Source: Lachnospiraceae bacterium (GTDB taxonomy: Bacteria > Bacillota > Clostridia > Lachnospirales > Lachnospiraceae). From it: a DNA stretch of 64,000 bases. This document shows positions 1 to 9,699 of the stretch, piece by piece (position 1 is the first letter of the stretch; every line of letters starts with the position of its first letter). The position numbers and the translations under genes were made by a program. The stretch covers positions 38,404 through 102,403 of the forward strand of contig JAZQLQ010000011.1 in NCBI GenBank assembly GCA_045542735.1, in the 5' to 3' direction. Below the pieces are notes generated by a model. That model saw nothing but the letters and a program-made list of their open reading frames with translations, searched no databases and had not been told where the DNA came from.

Positions 1-113
1 GGATGCGAACCCAGTAAGACATCATATCCATTTTTATTTAGTTCCTGTGCCAAATAAATATATGGTTGTACATCTCCTCTGGTACCCATTGTAAACATTG
101 CTACTTTTTTCAT
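1..113 (-). CDS. glycosyltransferase, GT1/MGT (UDP-glycosyltransferase)-like; only the first 37 codons are in the window
   Basis: My own minus-strand translation from the ATG at 113-111 gives MKKVAMFTMGTRGDVQPYIYLAQELNKNGYDVLLGSH. This contains the GTRGDxxP N-terminal signature of GT1 glycosyltransferases. An AAGGAG RBS lies ~10 nt upstream. The piece is too short to appear in the ORF track. Confidence 0.5.
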   Translation of the reverse strand, partial: MKKVAMFTMGTRGDVQPYIYLAQELNKNGYDVLLGSH

Positions 114-136
114 AAAAAGAATACTCCTTCGTATTT

Positions 137-841
137 TTATCTTGATAGAGCTGTTAAATCCTTAATTACCTCACCTGCTATAATCAAACCGACTACCGAC
201 GGCACAAATGCTATAGACCCCGGTGTGGGGCGTTTGCCTTCTTCCGATACATTCTGAATCGGTACTTCCTTTGAATAAACAACTTTTAACTTATCTATGT
301 CCCGTTTCTTCAATTCCCGGCGCATAACCTTTGCCAGAGGACAAACGGAAGTTTTATAAATATCTGCCACCTCAAAAGCTGTGGGGTCCAGTTTATTCCC
401 CGCTCCCATGCTGCTGATAATGGGCACACCGGCTTTTTTTGCTTCCATGACCAAGGCAATCTTGGCTGTGACTGTATCCACTGCATCTACCACATAATCA
501 TATTGCGTGAAATCAAATTGTTCTGTATTTTCAGGCAAGAAAAAACAAGGATGCTCATATACCGCAACATCCGGATTGATGGACAAAATCCGTTCTTTCA
601 TCACTTCTGTTTTCAACCTGCCAACCGTATCCCTGGTTGCTATAATCTGCCGGTTTAAGTTGCTTAGGCACACCTTGTCATTATCGATAATATCAATAGC
701 TCCAACACCGCTTCTTACCAGTGCTTCCACGGTATATCCACCAACTCCGCCGATGCCGAATACCGCCACACGGGCATTTTGTAATGTGGCCAAGGCCTCC
801 TCGCCCAATAACATCTGTGTACGTGAAAATTGTTCTGACAT
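137..841 (-). CDS. tcdA: tRNA threonylcarbamoyladenosine dehydratase (ThiF/MoeB-fold, TcdA/CsdL family)
   Basis: Rossmann motif VFGIGGVGG followed by DxDxVxxSNLNRQ. The length and overall layout match TcdA. Confidence 0.8.
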   Translation of the reverse strand: MSEQFSRTQMLLGEEALATLQNARVAVFGIGGVGGYTVEALVRSGVGAIDIIDNDKVCLSNLNRQIIATRDTVGRLKTEVMKERILSINPDVAVYEHPCFFLPENTEQFDFTQYDYVVDAVDTVTAKIALVMEAKKAGVPIISSMGAGNKLDPTAFEVADIYKTSVCPLAKVMRRELKKRDIDKLKVVYSKEVPIQNVSEEGKRPTPGSIAFVPSVVGLIIAGEVIKDLTALSR

Positions 842-898
842 ATCTTTTTATCCTATATTATTTTATATTCTTGTTTTACTATCTTTTTATCTCATTAC

Positions 899-1834
899 TT
901 ACTGCGCAAACATCGGAGTAGATAAATAACGGTCTCCCGAATCAGGAAGTAACACTACAATGTTTTTCCCCTTATATTCCGGCCTTTTTGCCACGACTGC
1001 TGCCGCCTTCAATGCAGCACCGGAAGAAATTCCCACTAAAATCCCCTCTGTTACCGCAAAGGCTTTTCCTTCTGCCAACGCTTCTTCGTTTTCTATGGTA
1101 ATAATTTCATCATAAATCCCGGTATTTAATATCTTTGGCACAAATCCTGCTCCAATGCCCTGTAACATGTGCGGACCTGCTTTTCCCTCAGATAAAAACG
1201 GACTGGATTTAGGCTCCACAGCCACCACTTTGATATCCGGATTCATGGATTTTAAATACTCACCGATACCGGTAATGGTGCCACCGGTGCCGACACCAGC
1301 TACAAACACATCCACATTTCCATCTGTCTGCTCCCAAATTTCCGGACCTGTAGTTGCCTTATGCGCCGCCGGATTGGCAGGATTGTCAAACTGTCCCAAT
1401 ATCACTGCCCCGGGAATGGATGCCTGCAATTCCTCTGCCTTCTCAATGGCACCGGTCATCCCCTTTGCTCCCTCTGTCAGCACGATCTCCGCACCATAAG
1501 CTCCCAGTAATGTCCTTCTCTCCACGCTCATAGCGTCCGGTAAAGTCAAAATTGTCTTGTATCCTTTAGCTGCCGCTACCGCTGCAAGACCAATACCGGT
1601 GTTACCGCTGGTAGGCTCAATAATCGTTGCTCCCGGTTGTAAAACACCCTTTTCTTCAGCATCCTCTATCATTGCCAATGCTACACGGTCTTTAACACTT
1701 CCTGCGGGATTCAAATATTCCAGTTTGGCCAAAATAGTTGCTTCTGTCACATTTGCATGCTTCATATATTGATTCAACTTCAAAATCGGTGTATTTCCAA
1801 TTAACTCTGTAGCATTTTCCAATATCTTGCCCAT
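899..1834 (-). CDS. cysK: cysteine synthase A (O-acetylserine sulfhydrylase)
   Basis: PLP-lysine motif NPAGSVKDR, the GNTGIGLA loop and GTGGTITG. It is 311 aa with a GAGGGAG RBS. Confidence 0.9.
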   Translation of the reverse strand: MGKILENATELIGNTPILKLNQYMKHANVTEATILAKLEYLNPAGSVKDRVALAMIEDAEEKGVLQPGATIIEPTSGNTGIGLAAVAAAKGYKTILTLPDAMSVERRTLLGAYGAEIVLTEGAKGMTGAIEKAEELQASIPGAVILGQFDNPANPAAHKATTGPEIWEQTDGNVDVFVAGVGTGGTITGIGEYLKSMNPDIKVVAVEPKSSPFLSEGKAGPHMLQGIGAGFVPKILNTGIYDEIITIENEEALAEGKAFAVTEGILVGISSGAALKAAAVVAKRPEYKGKNIVVLLPDSGDRYLSTPMFAQ

Positions 1835-1849
1835 ACTCGATACTCCCTC

Positions 1850-3013
1850 TTATATCATTTTTTGCCTGATATCTGCCAATCTGTCTAATGCCGCCTGTAA
1901 TGTGGCATCCTGCTTTGCAAAATGGAAGCGGATATATCGGTTTTCTGCCTCCTTAAAAAAGCTGGAACCGGGTACAGCTCCAACGCCTACCTTTCTTGTG
2001 AGGTCTTCACAAAATTCCAAATCACTTTCATAACCAAATTCACTGATATCCATGAGCACATAATAAGCTCCCTGTGGTCTTGTAAACGGTAATCCGATGT
2101 TCTCCAATCCCTCAATAAACAGATCCTTCTTATGTGTATAATGTGCCTGTAATTCCTTATAATATGCATCATCAAAATTCAATCCCACAACTGCCGCTTC
2201 CATCAAAGGTGCCGCAGCTCCTACCGTGAGAAAATCGTGCACTTTCTTTACGCGTTCAATAATCTGTGGCATAGAAATCACATATCCCAATCTCCATCCG
2301 GTAATGGAATAAGTCTTGGATAATGAATTGCAAATCAAAGTGCGTTCTCTCATTCCCGGTAAAGTTGCCATGCAAATATGTTGATGGGGCGCATATACAA
2401 TATGCTCATATACTTCATCCGTTACCACATAAATATCATACTTAATTGCAAGTTCTGCGATAAAACACAATTCCTCTTTGGTAAAGACTTTCCCGCAAGG
2501 ATTGGACGGGTTGCAAAGAATCAACGCCTTTACACCCGGTTGTTTCATAGCTGCTTCCAATTCATCTTTATCAAAATCAAAGGTTGGCGGCTTCAACGGT
2601 ACATAAATCGGCTCTGCACCTGACAGAATCGTATCAGCACCATAATTTTCATAAAAAGGAGAAAAAATAACCACTTTATCCCCCGGATTACAAACCGTCA
2701 TCATAGCTGCCATCATGGCTTCTGTACTTCCGCAGGTTACCACGATCTCCTCATCCGGATTCACCTTCATTCCATAAAAATGCTCCTGCTTTTTTGCAAG
2801 TGCTTCCCGGAAATTTTGCGCTCCCCAAGTTAACGCATACTGATGAGGCCCTTCTGCTGCCACCTCTGCTAAGCGCTCTGTAATCGCCTTTGGTGGATCA
2901 AAATCAGGAAATCCCTGGGATAAATTAATAGCCCCATATTTATTTGACACGCGTGTCATTCTCCTGATTACCGAATCGGTAAAGCCTGCTGTTCTTTCGC
3001 TTAATTCCCTCAT
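1850..3013 (-). CDS. class I/II PLP-dependent aminotransferase (YbdL/methionine aminotransferase-like)
   Basis: NLSQGFPDFDPP N-terminal motif and the PLP-lysine motif SLSKTYSITGWRLGY. Confidence 0.85.
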   Translation of the reverse strand: MRELSERTAGFTDSVIRRMTRVSNKYGAINLSQGFPDFDPPKAITERLAEVAAEGPHQYALTWGAQNFREALAKKQEHFYGMKVNPDEEIVVTCGSTEAMMAAMMTVCNPGDKVVIFSPFYENYGADTILSGAEPIYVPLKPPTFDFDKDELEAAMKQPGVKALILCNPSNPCGKVFTKEELCFIAELAIKYDIYVVTDEVYEHIVYAPHQHICMATLPGMRERTLICNSLSKTYSITGWRLGYVISMPQIIERVKKVHDFLTVGAAAPLMEAAVVGLNFDDAYYKELQAHYTHKKDLFIEGLENIGLPFTRPQGAYYVLMDISEFGYESDLEFCEDLTRKVGVGAVPGSSFFKEAENRYIRFHFAKQDATLQAALDRLADIRQKMI

Positions 3014-3046
3014 AATTACTCATTGTATCCTTTCTGTCATTTTTAA

Positions 3047-4126
3047 TTAACAGATTTTTCCGCCGCCAAGGACAACATCACCGTCATAAAATACAACTGC
3101 CTGTCCGGATGTAATACCCCTCTGAGGTTCATCAAAGGTCACCCTCACCTTATCATCCGATATTTTTTCAATGACAGCATCCGCCTCTTTTTGCTTATAT
3201 CGTATTTTGGCTTTGCAACGGACCGGCTCTGTCACATCATCAAAAGCAATCCAGTTTAGGTCCTCCGCTTCCAAAATATCATGGAACAAATCTTCATTTT
3301 TTCCGAGTACAACTGTGTTTTCATTCATTCTCTTCTTACAGACATACATAGGCTCAGGAAGCGCCAACCCCAAACCTTTTCGCTGCCCTATGGTATAACG
3401 TATGATCCCCTTATGTCTACCAAGTACTTTACCATCCTCTGTGACAAAGTCACCTTCAGGAAATGTCTTCCCGCAATACCCTTCGATAAACTTTGCATAA
3501 TCACCATCCGGTACAAAACAAATATCCTGGCTATCCGGCTTATTGGCATTGACAAATCCCATTTCTTCTGCGATTTCACGTATCTCCGTCTTATGATATT
3601 TACCCAAAGGAAAAATCGTATGGGACAATTGATCCTGGGTCAGGTTATAAAGGACATAACTCTGGTCCTTAGACTCATCCAGACCCTTTTTTAACAAATA
3701 TCTGCTACCGGCTTCATCATATTCCACCCGGGCATAATGTCCTGTTACCACATAGTCAAAATCCATCTCATACATAGTCTGCATCATCTTTTGAAATTTC
3801 AGATAACGATTGCATTCAATGCAGGGATTGGGCGTGCCACCGGCTATATAAGTCTCAACAAACCGTTTGATGACCGCTTGATCAAATTCATGGGTAAAAT
3901 CCAATAAATAGAAGGGCATCCCAAAAGTCTCTGCCATTCTCTTGGCATCTGCCGCATCTTCACCTGCTCCGCAGACTTTCTCATTCTCTATAACCGTATT
4001 TGGATTCTCGTACAACTTCATGGTTGCACCTACACAATCATATCCTTCTTTTGTCATCAGATATGCTGCCACACTGGAATCCACGCCACCGCTCATGGCT
4101 ATGATTGCTTTTTTCTTCTCACTCAT
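3047..4126 (-). CDS. mnmA: tRNA 2-thiouridine(34) synthase MnmA
   Basis: PP-loop motif AMSGGVDSS and conserved Cys residues. I moved the start to the internal ATG (MSEKKK) because a GAGG RBS lies 6 nt upstream, whereas the ORF-track start at 4138 has none. Confidence 0.9.
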   Translation of the reverse strand: MSEKKKAIIAMSGGVDSSVAAYLMTKEGYDCVGATMKLYENPNTVIENEKVCGAGEDAADAKRMAETFGMPFYLLDFTHEFDQAVIKRFVETYIAGGTPNPCIECNRYLKFQKMMQTMYEMDFDYVVTGHYARVEYDEAGSRYLLKKGLDESKDQSYVLYNLTQDQLSHTIFPLGKYHKTEIREIAEEMGFVNANKPDSQDICFVPDGDYAKFIEGYCGKTFPEGDFVTEDGKVLGRHKGIIRYTIGQRKGLGLALPEPMYVCKKRMNENTVVLGKNEDLFHDILEAEDLNWIAFDDVTEPVRCKAKIRYKQKEADAVIEKISDDKVRVTFDEPQRGITSGQAVVFYDGDVVLGGGKIC

Positions 4127-4143
4127 TGATAGCCTCATATTTT

Positions 4144-6060
4144 CTAATATATTGCAAAATTACCTTTTCCCCTACTCTTTGCTTCATATAGGGCAAGATC
4201 AGCACAATGCAATAAATCCATAATGTTACTTTCATTATCCTTGGTAATAATATAACCACCGGATATTCCAATTACTCTTTTTTCTTCATTTGACAATGCA
4301 ACCGGTCTTTCCTTCAGCATATCCGAAACCCGTTGCAATATATCATCAATTTCTTTCTTTTCTGTACATCCATATAAAAACAGACAAAACTCATCTCCGG
4401 AACGACGCGCCGGCATACAATGTGTCTGTGGCAACTCTCTTAATACATCTGCAAAGGCCACCAGATATTGATCTCCTACATCATGCCCATAGGTATCGTT
4501 AATACTTTTAAAATTATCTAAATCCATCATCACAACTGCACAGATTTCATCGTCTTTTTTATTTTGCAGCTGCTTTGTGGCATATTCTTTAAAATATTTA
4601 TACCTACAAAGTCCCGTCAACTGATCATGATTGTTTTCATATAAGATGTTTTTCTTTTCACGCATTTCATCCGACACATCTGTGACGACACCCAGATATT
4701 CATCTTTGCTACTCATGGTAAGACAGATACGAACATAGTAGTCCTCCGCCAACTGGAAAACTTCTTCTTCCAGAACGGGTTTTTGCATAAGCTCACGGAT
4801 TTTTTCAAGAAATCCTTTGGGATGTTTGACAAGTTCCCCGGCCTCCTTATCCGTCATGCAAAGTAACGCCGCCAACTTGGAGGTGATAAACACTTCCTGC
4901 ATTCCGTTTTGATATTCAAATGCCGCAAATGGCATCTGACTCATATCAATAATCTTGGATGTACGGTTAGCTGTATTAACAATGCTTTCCACCATGGAAT
5001 TAATTCCATCACTTAACTGTTCAAATTCGGGATTACCACCCACATTCACAACTGTATCCAGATGTCCATCCCGAATCTCGGATAGTTTGTCCAACACATC
5101 ATGCATACCCTTGATTACTTTGCGGTTAATCAAATAGCTCAACAAGGAGATAACTACCACCAGAACCAATATCAAATATCCCAAGGTAACTACCGCCCGT
5201 TCCCAAAAATCGGCAAACATAATGGTCAGCGGAACAGATACACCAATCAAAATATCGCCATATTGTCTGGTCACCACATAATGTATTTCTTCATCCTCGA
5301 AGGTCTTAAACGCTCCTTGTTCACAACCGGACAAATTCTGCATATTATAAAACTGGCTGTAATAATCATAAGAATAAGAGCCCTCATCAGCATATGCCAC
5401 AACTTCATCTTCTATGCAATCAACCGCAAAGAAGGTCTCTCCGATATCTGTAGGAAATCTGGAAAAAATGTACGCATATGTAAATCGATCCTGGGCCTGT
5501 ATTTGTCGGAGTGGCTTCAGCCCAACCTGCACAATGCCTTTTTGTCCTCCTCTTGCCACACCCACATACTGCATCATTTTCTGTTCTGCTGCATTGGGAC
5601 GTGCTTCCTGTACCACATAGGCATCCGGGCTATCACTTTCCAAAATGGAGACAAACTCCAAAGTCTGTTCATCCTGATAAAAATCCAATCCCAAATATTC
5701 CGGAACCGTAGATATCACAATAATACCATTTTCATCAATGACATGTATTTCATCAACATCCAAAAGTTCTACAAGCCTCATCAATTCATCCGGGTCCTCA
5801 AAAAGTCCCGGATTGTGCTGTTCAATATATGCCGCAGCTCTTGCCCTGGTCAAATAATCTTCGTTTAAGTTCATCTTTATGGATGTCAATTCAATCTGAT
5901 TGCTCTCCATAGTGTGTATGACCTGTTCCAACTTTTCGTCAAAGGTATCATATTGCTGTCTCTGTAACGAAATGATTGTAATAAAGGAATTCATTATTAA
6001 AATACACAATGTCGCAATTGCCATACTAAGCAATGCATAACGTCGAAATATTTTTAGCAT
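4144..6060 (-). CDS. membrane sensor diguanylate cyclase (two TM helices flanking a ~270-aa extracytoplasmic domain, with a C-terminal GGDEF domain)
   Basis: The C-terminal GGDEF domain carries an SGDEF active-site variant (ARRSGDEFCLF). There is an N-terminal TM helix and a second TM (VVTLGYLILVLVVVISLLSYLI). RBS GGAAGGTGA. Confidence 0.8.
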   Translation of the reverse strand: MLKIFRRYALLSMAIATLCILIMNSFITIISLQRQQYDTFDEKLEQVIHTMESNQIELTSIKMNLNEDYLTRARAAAYIEQHNPGLFEDPDELMRLVELLDVDEIHVIDENGIIVISTVPEYLGLDFYQDEQTLEFVSILESDSPDAYVVQEARPNAAEQKMMQYVGVARGGQKGIVQVGLKPLRQIQAQDRFTYAYIFSRFPTDIGETFFAVDCIEDEVVAYADEGSYSYDYYSQFYNMQNLSGCEQGAFKTFEDEEIHYVVTRQYGDILIGVSVPLTIMFADFWERAVVTLGYLILVLVVVISLLSYLINRKVIKGMHDVLDKLSEIRDGHLDTVVNVGGNPEFEQLSDGINSMVESIVNTANRTSKIIDMSQMPFAAFEYQNGMQEVFITSKLAALLCMTDKEAGELVKHPKGFLEKIRELMQKPVLEEEVFQLAEDYYVRICLTMSSKDEYLGVVTDVSDEMREKKNILYENNHDQLTGLCRYKYFKEYATKQLQNKKDDEICAVVMMDLDNFKSINDTYGHDVGDQYLVAFADVLRELPQTHCMPARRSGDEFCLFLYGCTEKKEIDDILQRVSDMLKERPVALSNEEKRVIGISGGYIITKDNESNIMDLLHCADLALYEAKSRGKGNFAIY

Positions 6061-6074
6061 AAATCACCTTCCGG

Positions 6075-7514
6075 CTATATTTTTTTATTCAACCGTCTTC
6101 TCACCACAATAAAACAAATCACATGGACCAAAAATGTAAGGGTCCAACTGACAGGATAGGTCAGGTATAAAGATGTGGGCGTATGAAACTGCTCCATACG
6201 GAAAAAAGTGAAAATCCAAAGAAGCCGTAGTCCACATGCACCAATTAACGATACAATCATCGGCATAATCGCATAGCCCATACCACGTAGCGAACCTACC
6301 ATTACATCCATCATACCACATAATGCATAAACACTACATATTATTTTGAGACGAACCATACCCGCAACGGCCACTTCTGCACTGTTGGTATAAAGCGATA
6401 ACAACGGATATCCAAAATACACGACCAGATTTCCCAACAATGTGCCGACAACCAATACGCACAATTCAGCTGTAATCAAAATCTTGTTGATTCTCTCGTA
6501 TTTTGCAGCACCCATATTTTGGCTGGTAAAAGAAATGGCGGCCTGATGGAATGCATTCATTGCCACATAAACAAAGCCTTCGATATTGAGTGCCGCTGAA
6601 TTTCCTGCGACAACCGTTGCACCAAAGGAGTTAACCGATGCCTGAATCACTACATTGGACAAGGAAAATACTACCCCCTGAAAACCTGCAGGAATTCCCA
6701 CCTGTAAGATTTTGATAAATTTCTCCGGATAAATCCGCAACCGACGGATATTCAGACGAATGGCACCCTCCTCCCTTGTCAGGCACCACAAGACCAAAAT
6801 AGCCGACAAGCATTGGGAAATCACCGTTGCCGTTGCAACACCTGCCACATCCATATGGAATCGGATGACAAAAAGCAGGTTGAGCAACACATTCACTACC
6901 CCCGCCAATGTCAAATAGTATAAGGGTCTCTTGGTATCACCGATTGCACGCAAAATAGCACTTCCAAAGTTATAAGCCATCATGGCAGGCATGCCCAAAA
7001 AGTATATACGAAGATATACCGTTGCCAGAGGCAATACTTCTGCCGGAGTGTCCATCCACATCAAAATCTGCTTTGCACCAACCATACCCACAACAGACAA
7101 AAACACACCACTTAAAAGACTCAATAAGATGGATGTGTGTACAGTCTCTGACAGATCTTTATCCTGTTTTGCCCCATAAAAATGTGCAGCCAACACATTA
7201 CTGCCCACGGAAAGTCCCAAAAACAGGTTTGTTAATAAATTGATTAGAGATGTAGTCGAGCCCACTGCAGCCAAAGAATGGTCTCCAGCATATTGTCCTA
7301 CCACTATAATATCAGCCGCATTAAACAACAACTGTAAAATACTGGAACACATCAACGGAACAGCAAAAAGAAGCATTTTCTTTAATATGGAACCGCTGCA
7401 CATATCTATTTCATATTTTTTATTTTTACCTTTTGTTTGCACGCAAATCGCACTCTTTTCTATATATAATCTGTTACAATTATAATCCCCTTTTTTCATC
7501 AAAAAAAGAGGCAA
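6075..7514 (-). CDS. MATE family efflux transporter
   Basis: A 12-TM profile and the typical N-terminus GSILKKMLLFAVPLM...LLQLLFNAADIIVVG. The true start is uncertain (7514, 7499 or 7403) because no clear RBS precedes any of them. Confidence 0.85.
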   Translation of the reverse strand: MPLFLMKKGDYNCNRLYIEKSAICVQTKGKNKKYEIDMCSGSILKKMLLFAVPLMCSSILQLLFNAADIIVVGQYAGDHSLAAVGSTTSLINLLTNLFLGLSVGSNVLAAHFYGAKQDKDLSETVHTSILLSLLSGVFLSVVGMVGAKQILMWMDTPAEVLPLATVYLRIYFLGMPAMMAYNFGSAILRAIGDTKRPLYYLTLAGVVNVLLNLLFVIRFHMDVAGVATATVISQCLSAILVLWCLTREEGAIRLNIRRLRIYPEKFIKILQVGIPAGFQGVVFSLSNVVIQASVNSFGATVVAGNSAALNIEGFVYVAMNAFHQAAISFTSQNMGAAKYERINKILITAELCVLVVGTLLGNLVVYFGYPLLSLYTNSAEVAVAGMVRLKIICSVYALCGMMDVMVGSLRGMGYAIMPMIVSLIGACGLRLLWIFTFFRMEQFHTPTSLYLTYPVSWTLTFLVHVICFIVVRRRLNKKI

Positions 7515-8088
7515 AATTCAATTTGCCATATAAGCATAATAAAAACGTACGTATTTTATATAATTCAATCCAATAAATATCAATTGTTTCTATTTTATAA
7601 TTTAATATTTTCTTTCTCTTTATTTCGTATCTTATCCTTTTTGATTTTTCAGTCATACATGTCACTTTTTTCTTGTAAAAAAGTGATCGAAAACTTGCAA
7701 CCGCATGCTATATTAGTGTTTAATCGGCATTTTTCCATATTTCTTAAAAATCAGATAAATATTTTTCATCATGCTTTTCTATAATATATTCTGTCCTATT
7801 TTTTATGTCATTTTCTAAATTTATACCAGTCAATACCAGTTCAATTCCGCGCGCTATTTTATTTGTTAATGTGTTAAATTTATTTCTGTTTATCAAATTT
7901 CAACTGTAAGGATATGCGTTTTATACACCACAACACCGCTTCCCTCTCCATGTTTTTCTGTTTCCAGTTCCCAGCGGACAAATCAAAAGCCACCAAGGAC
8001 ACACAATATTCATTTGCATTTTCCCTTCAAATCAACTAAACTGATAAAGAGCTTGTATATATTACAAACGAAAGAAAGGTGACGTTTT

Positions 8089-8790
8089 ATGTCCTTTATT
8101 TCCTTTTCCGGGGTCCGCAAGGACTACCGCATGGGTGAAGTAACCATCCACGCTTTGGATGATGTGAATTTTGAAATTGAAAAAGGCGAATTGACTGTTA
8201 TTCTCGGTTCCTCCGGAGCCGGCAAAACAACTGCCCTAAACATCCTTGGCGGTATGGACACAGCAACCAACGGTTCCGTTTTGGTCGATGGTATAGATTT
8301 GACCGCTTGTAGCAAAAAAGCATTAACCCGGTACCGTCGCGAAGACATCGGATTTGTTTTTCAGTTTTATAATCTTGTGCCCAACCTAACTGCTTTGGAA
8401 AACGTAGAATTAGCGGCTCAAATTTGTAAAAATTCCTTGAATGCCGCTTCCGTTTTGGAAAAAGTGGGTTTACAGGATCGTATGAATAACTTCCCTGCCC
8501 AATTATCCGGTGGTGAACAACAACGTGTGGCCATAGCCAGAGCCATTGCAAAGAATCCTAAGCTATTGCTTTGTGATGAGCCTACAGGAGCTTTGGATTA
8601 TGCAACCGGAAAGCAGATTTTGCAATTATTGCAGGATACATGCCGCAAGGAAAATATGACGGTTTTGATTATCACACACAATTCCGCCTTGGCTCCTATG
8701 GCAGATAAAGTCATCCGTTTTAAAAGTGGTAAAGTTACAGAAGTCATTATCAACGAAAATCCCACTCCCATCGAAGAGATTGAGTGGTAA
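8089..8790 (+). CDS. ABC transporter ATP-binding protein (MacB/LolD/FtsE-like NBD) with no adjacent permease
   Basis: Walker [10 protein letters not shown], signature LSGGEQQRV, Walker [24 protein letters not shown]. Confidence 0.85.
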   Translation: MSFISFSGVRKDYRMGEVTIHALDDVNFEIEKGELTVILGSSGAGKTTALNILGGMDTATNGSVLVDGIDLTACSKKALTRYRREDIGFVFQFYNLVPNLTALENVELAAQICKNSLNAASVLEKVGLQDRMNNFPAQLSGGEQQRVAIARAIAKNPKLLLCDEPTGALDYATGKQILQLLQDTCRKENMTVLIITHNSALAPMADKVIRFKSGKVTEVIINENPTPIEEIEW

Positions 8791-8810
8791 TATAGAAAGG
8801 AAACACGATT

Positions 8811-9092
8811 ATGAGTCAGGAAAAAGTAGACAAATACAAAGAAGAAAAGAAAAACAGAAAAGCGCGTATGGAGCAAGAGAAAAAACGCAAAAAAATGTGG
8901 AAAGTTCTCACTCCTATTATTGCACTTGCTGTAGTTGCAATTATTGGTGCTATCGCATACTTCATGCCCAAGTTAACCAATCAATATGCAACACCTGCTG
9001 ATTATCAGATTATCAATTCTGAAGAGATGGACACTGAAGAAATTATGGAAATTATTAACTCTTCCATTTCTAACAATTCTTCTGTTGAATAA
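8811..9092 (+). CDS. small single-pass membrane protein with a K/E-rich N-terminus (hypothetical)
   Basis: An AAAGGAAA RBS sits 20 nt after the NBD stop. One TM helix (VLTPIIALAVVAIIGAIAYF). No family recognised. Confidence 0.5.
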   Translation: MSQEKVDKYKEEKKNRKARMEQEKKRKKMWKVLTPIIALAVVAIIGAIAYFMPKLTNQYATPADYQIINSEEMDTEEIMEIINSSISNNSSVE

Positions 9093-9104
9093 TAGGTAAA
9101 ACAT

Positions 9105-9629
9105 ATGAAAGAAAAAAAGTCTATTGAATGGTATATAAACGCTGCAGAAAACGGCAATATGAAAGCACAATATAATCTGGGCAACCGCTACTACCGTGGT
9201 GAGGATGTTCAACAGGACTATACGAAAGCAGTTGAACTGTATATGAAAGCCGCAACCCAAGGACATGCCAAAGCACAATTTAAGCTTGGTGTATGTTATG
9301 ATAACGGCACCGGCATTGAACAAAATAAATCCACGGCTGTTATCTGGTATACCAGAGCCGCCGAACAGGGACATTCTAAAGCACAATACAATTTAGGCAA
9401 TTGCTATCGTCGCGGTGAAGGTGTTGCTCCAAACGATGCAAAAGCCGTAGAATGGTTTCTTAAAGCTGCTGAACAAGGCCATGCCAAAGCACAATATAAT
9501 CTGGGCAACCGCTACTACCGTGGTGAAGGTGTTGACAAAGATGTAACCGTCGCAATGGAGTGGTATAAAAAAGCCGCGGCACAAGGCCACGAAAAAGCAC
9601 AAAACAAGCTTGATACACTGACATTTTAA
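9105..9629 (+). CDS. Sel1-like repeat (SLR/TPR-like) protein
   Basis: At least four tandem Sel1 units (AxxWYxKAAEQGHAKAQYNLGxxYxxGxGV). No signal peptide is visible. Confidence 0.85.
   Translation: MKEKKSIEWYINAAENGNMKAQYNLGNRYYRGEDVQQDYTKAVELYMKAATQGHAKAQFKLGVCYDNGTGIEQNKSTAVIWYTRAAEQGHSKAQYNLGNCYRRGEGVAPNDAKAVEWFLKAAEQGHAKAQYNLGNRYYRGEGVDKDVTVAMEWYKKAAAQGHEKAQNKLDTLTF
9162..9526 (+). repeat. 41-nt perfect direct repeat inside the Sel1 gene (copies at 9162-9202 and 9486-9526)
   Basis: aaagcacaatataatctgggcaaccgctactaccgtggtga occurs twice, verified base by base. Confidence 0.9.
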
Positions 9630-9647
9630 ATCAAACAAGCAAAAATT

Positions 9648-9695
9648 AAGAGGCACTCCCACACTTTTAACCAGATGGGATATGCCTCTTTTTAA
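9648..9695. terminator. bidirectional hairpin between the convergent Sel1 and GH5 genes
   Basis: aagaggca(9648-9655) pairs with tgcctctt(9683-9690). There is an inner tccca/tggga pairing, and the hairpin is followed by ttttaatt. Confidence 0.5.
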
Positions 9696-9699
9696 TTAC

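Noticed and set aside
5101-5868. 255-aa plus-strand ORF, with many other antisense ORFs of 60-180 aa inside purL, clpX, tig, glgP, the Sel1 gene and others
   Set aside because: Each one is fully embedded antisense in a gene with strong family motifs. They lack RBSs and have low-complexity or odd composition, so they are typical shadow ORFs.
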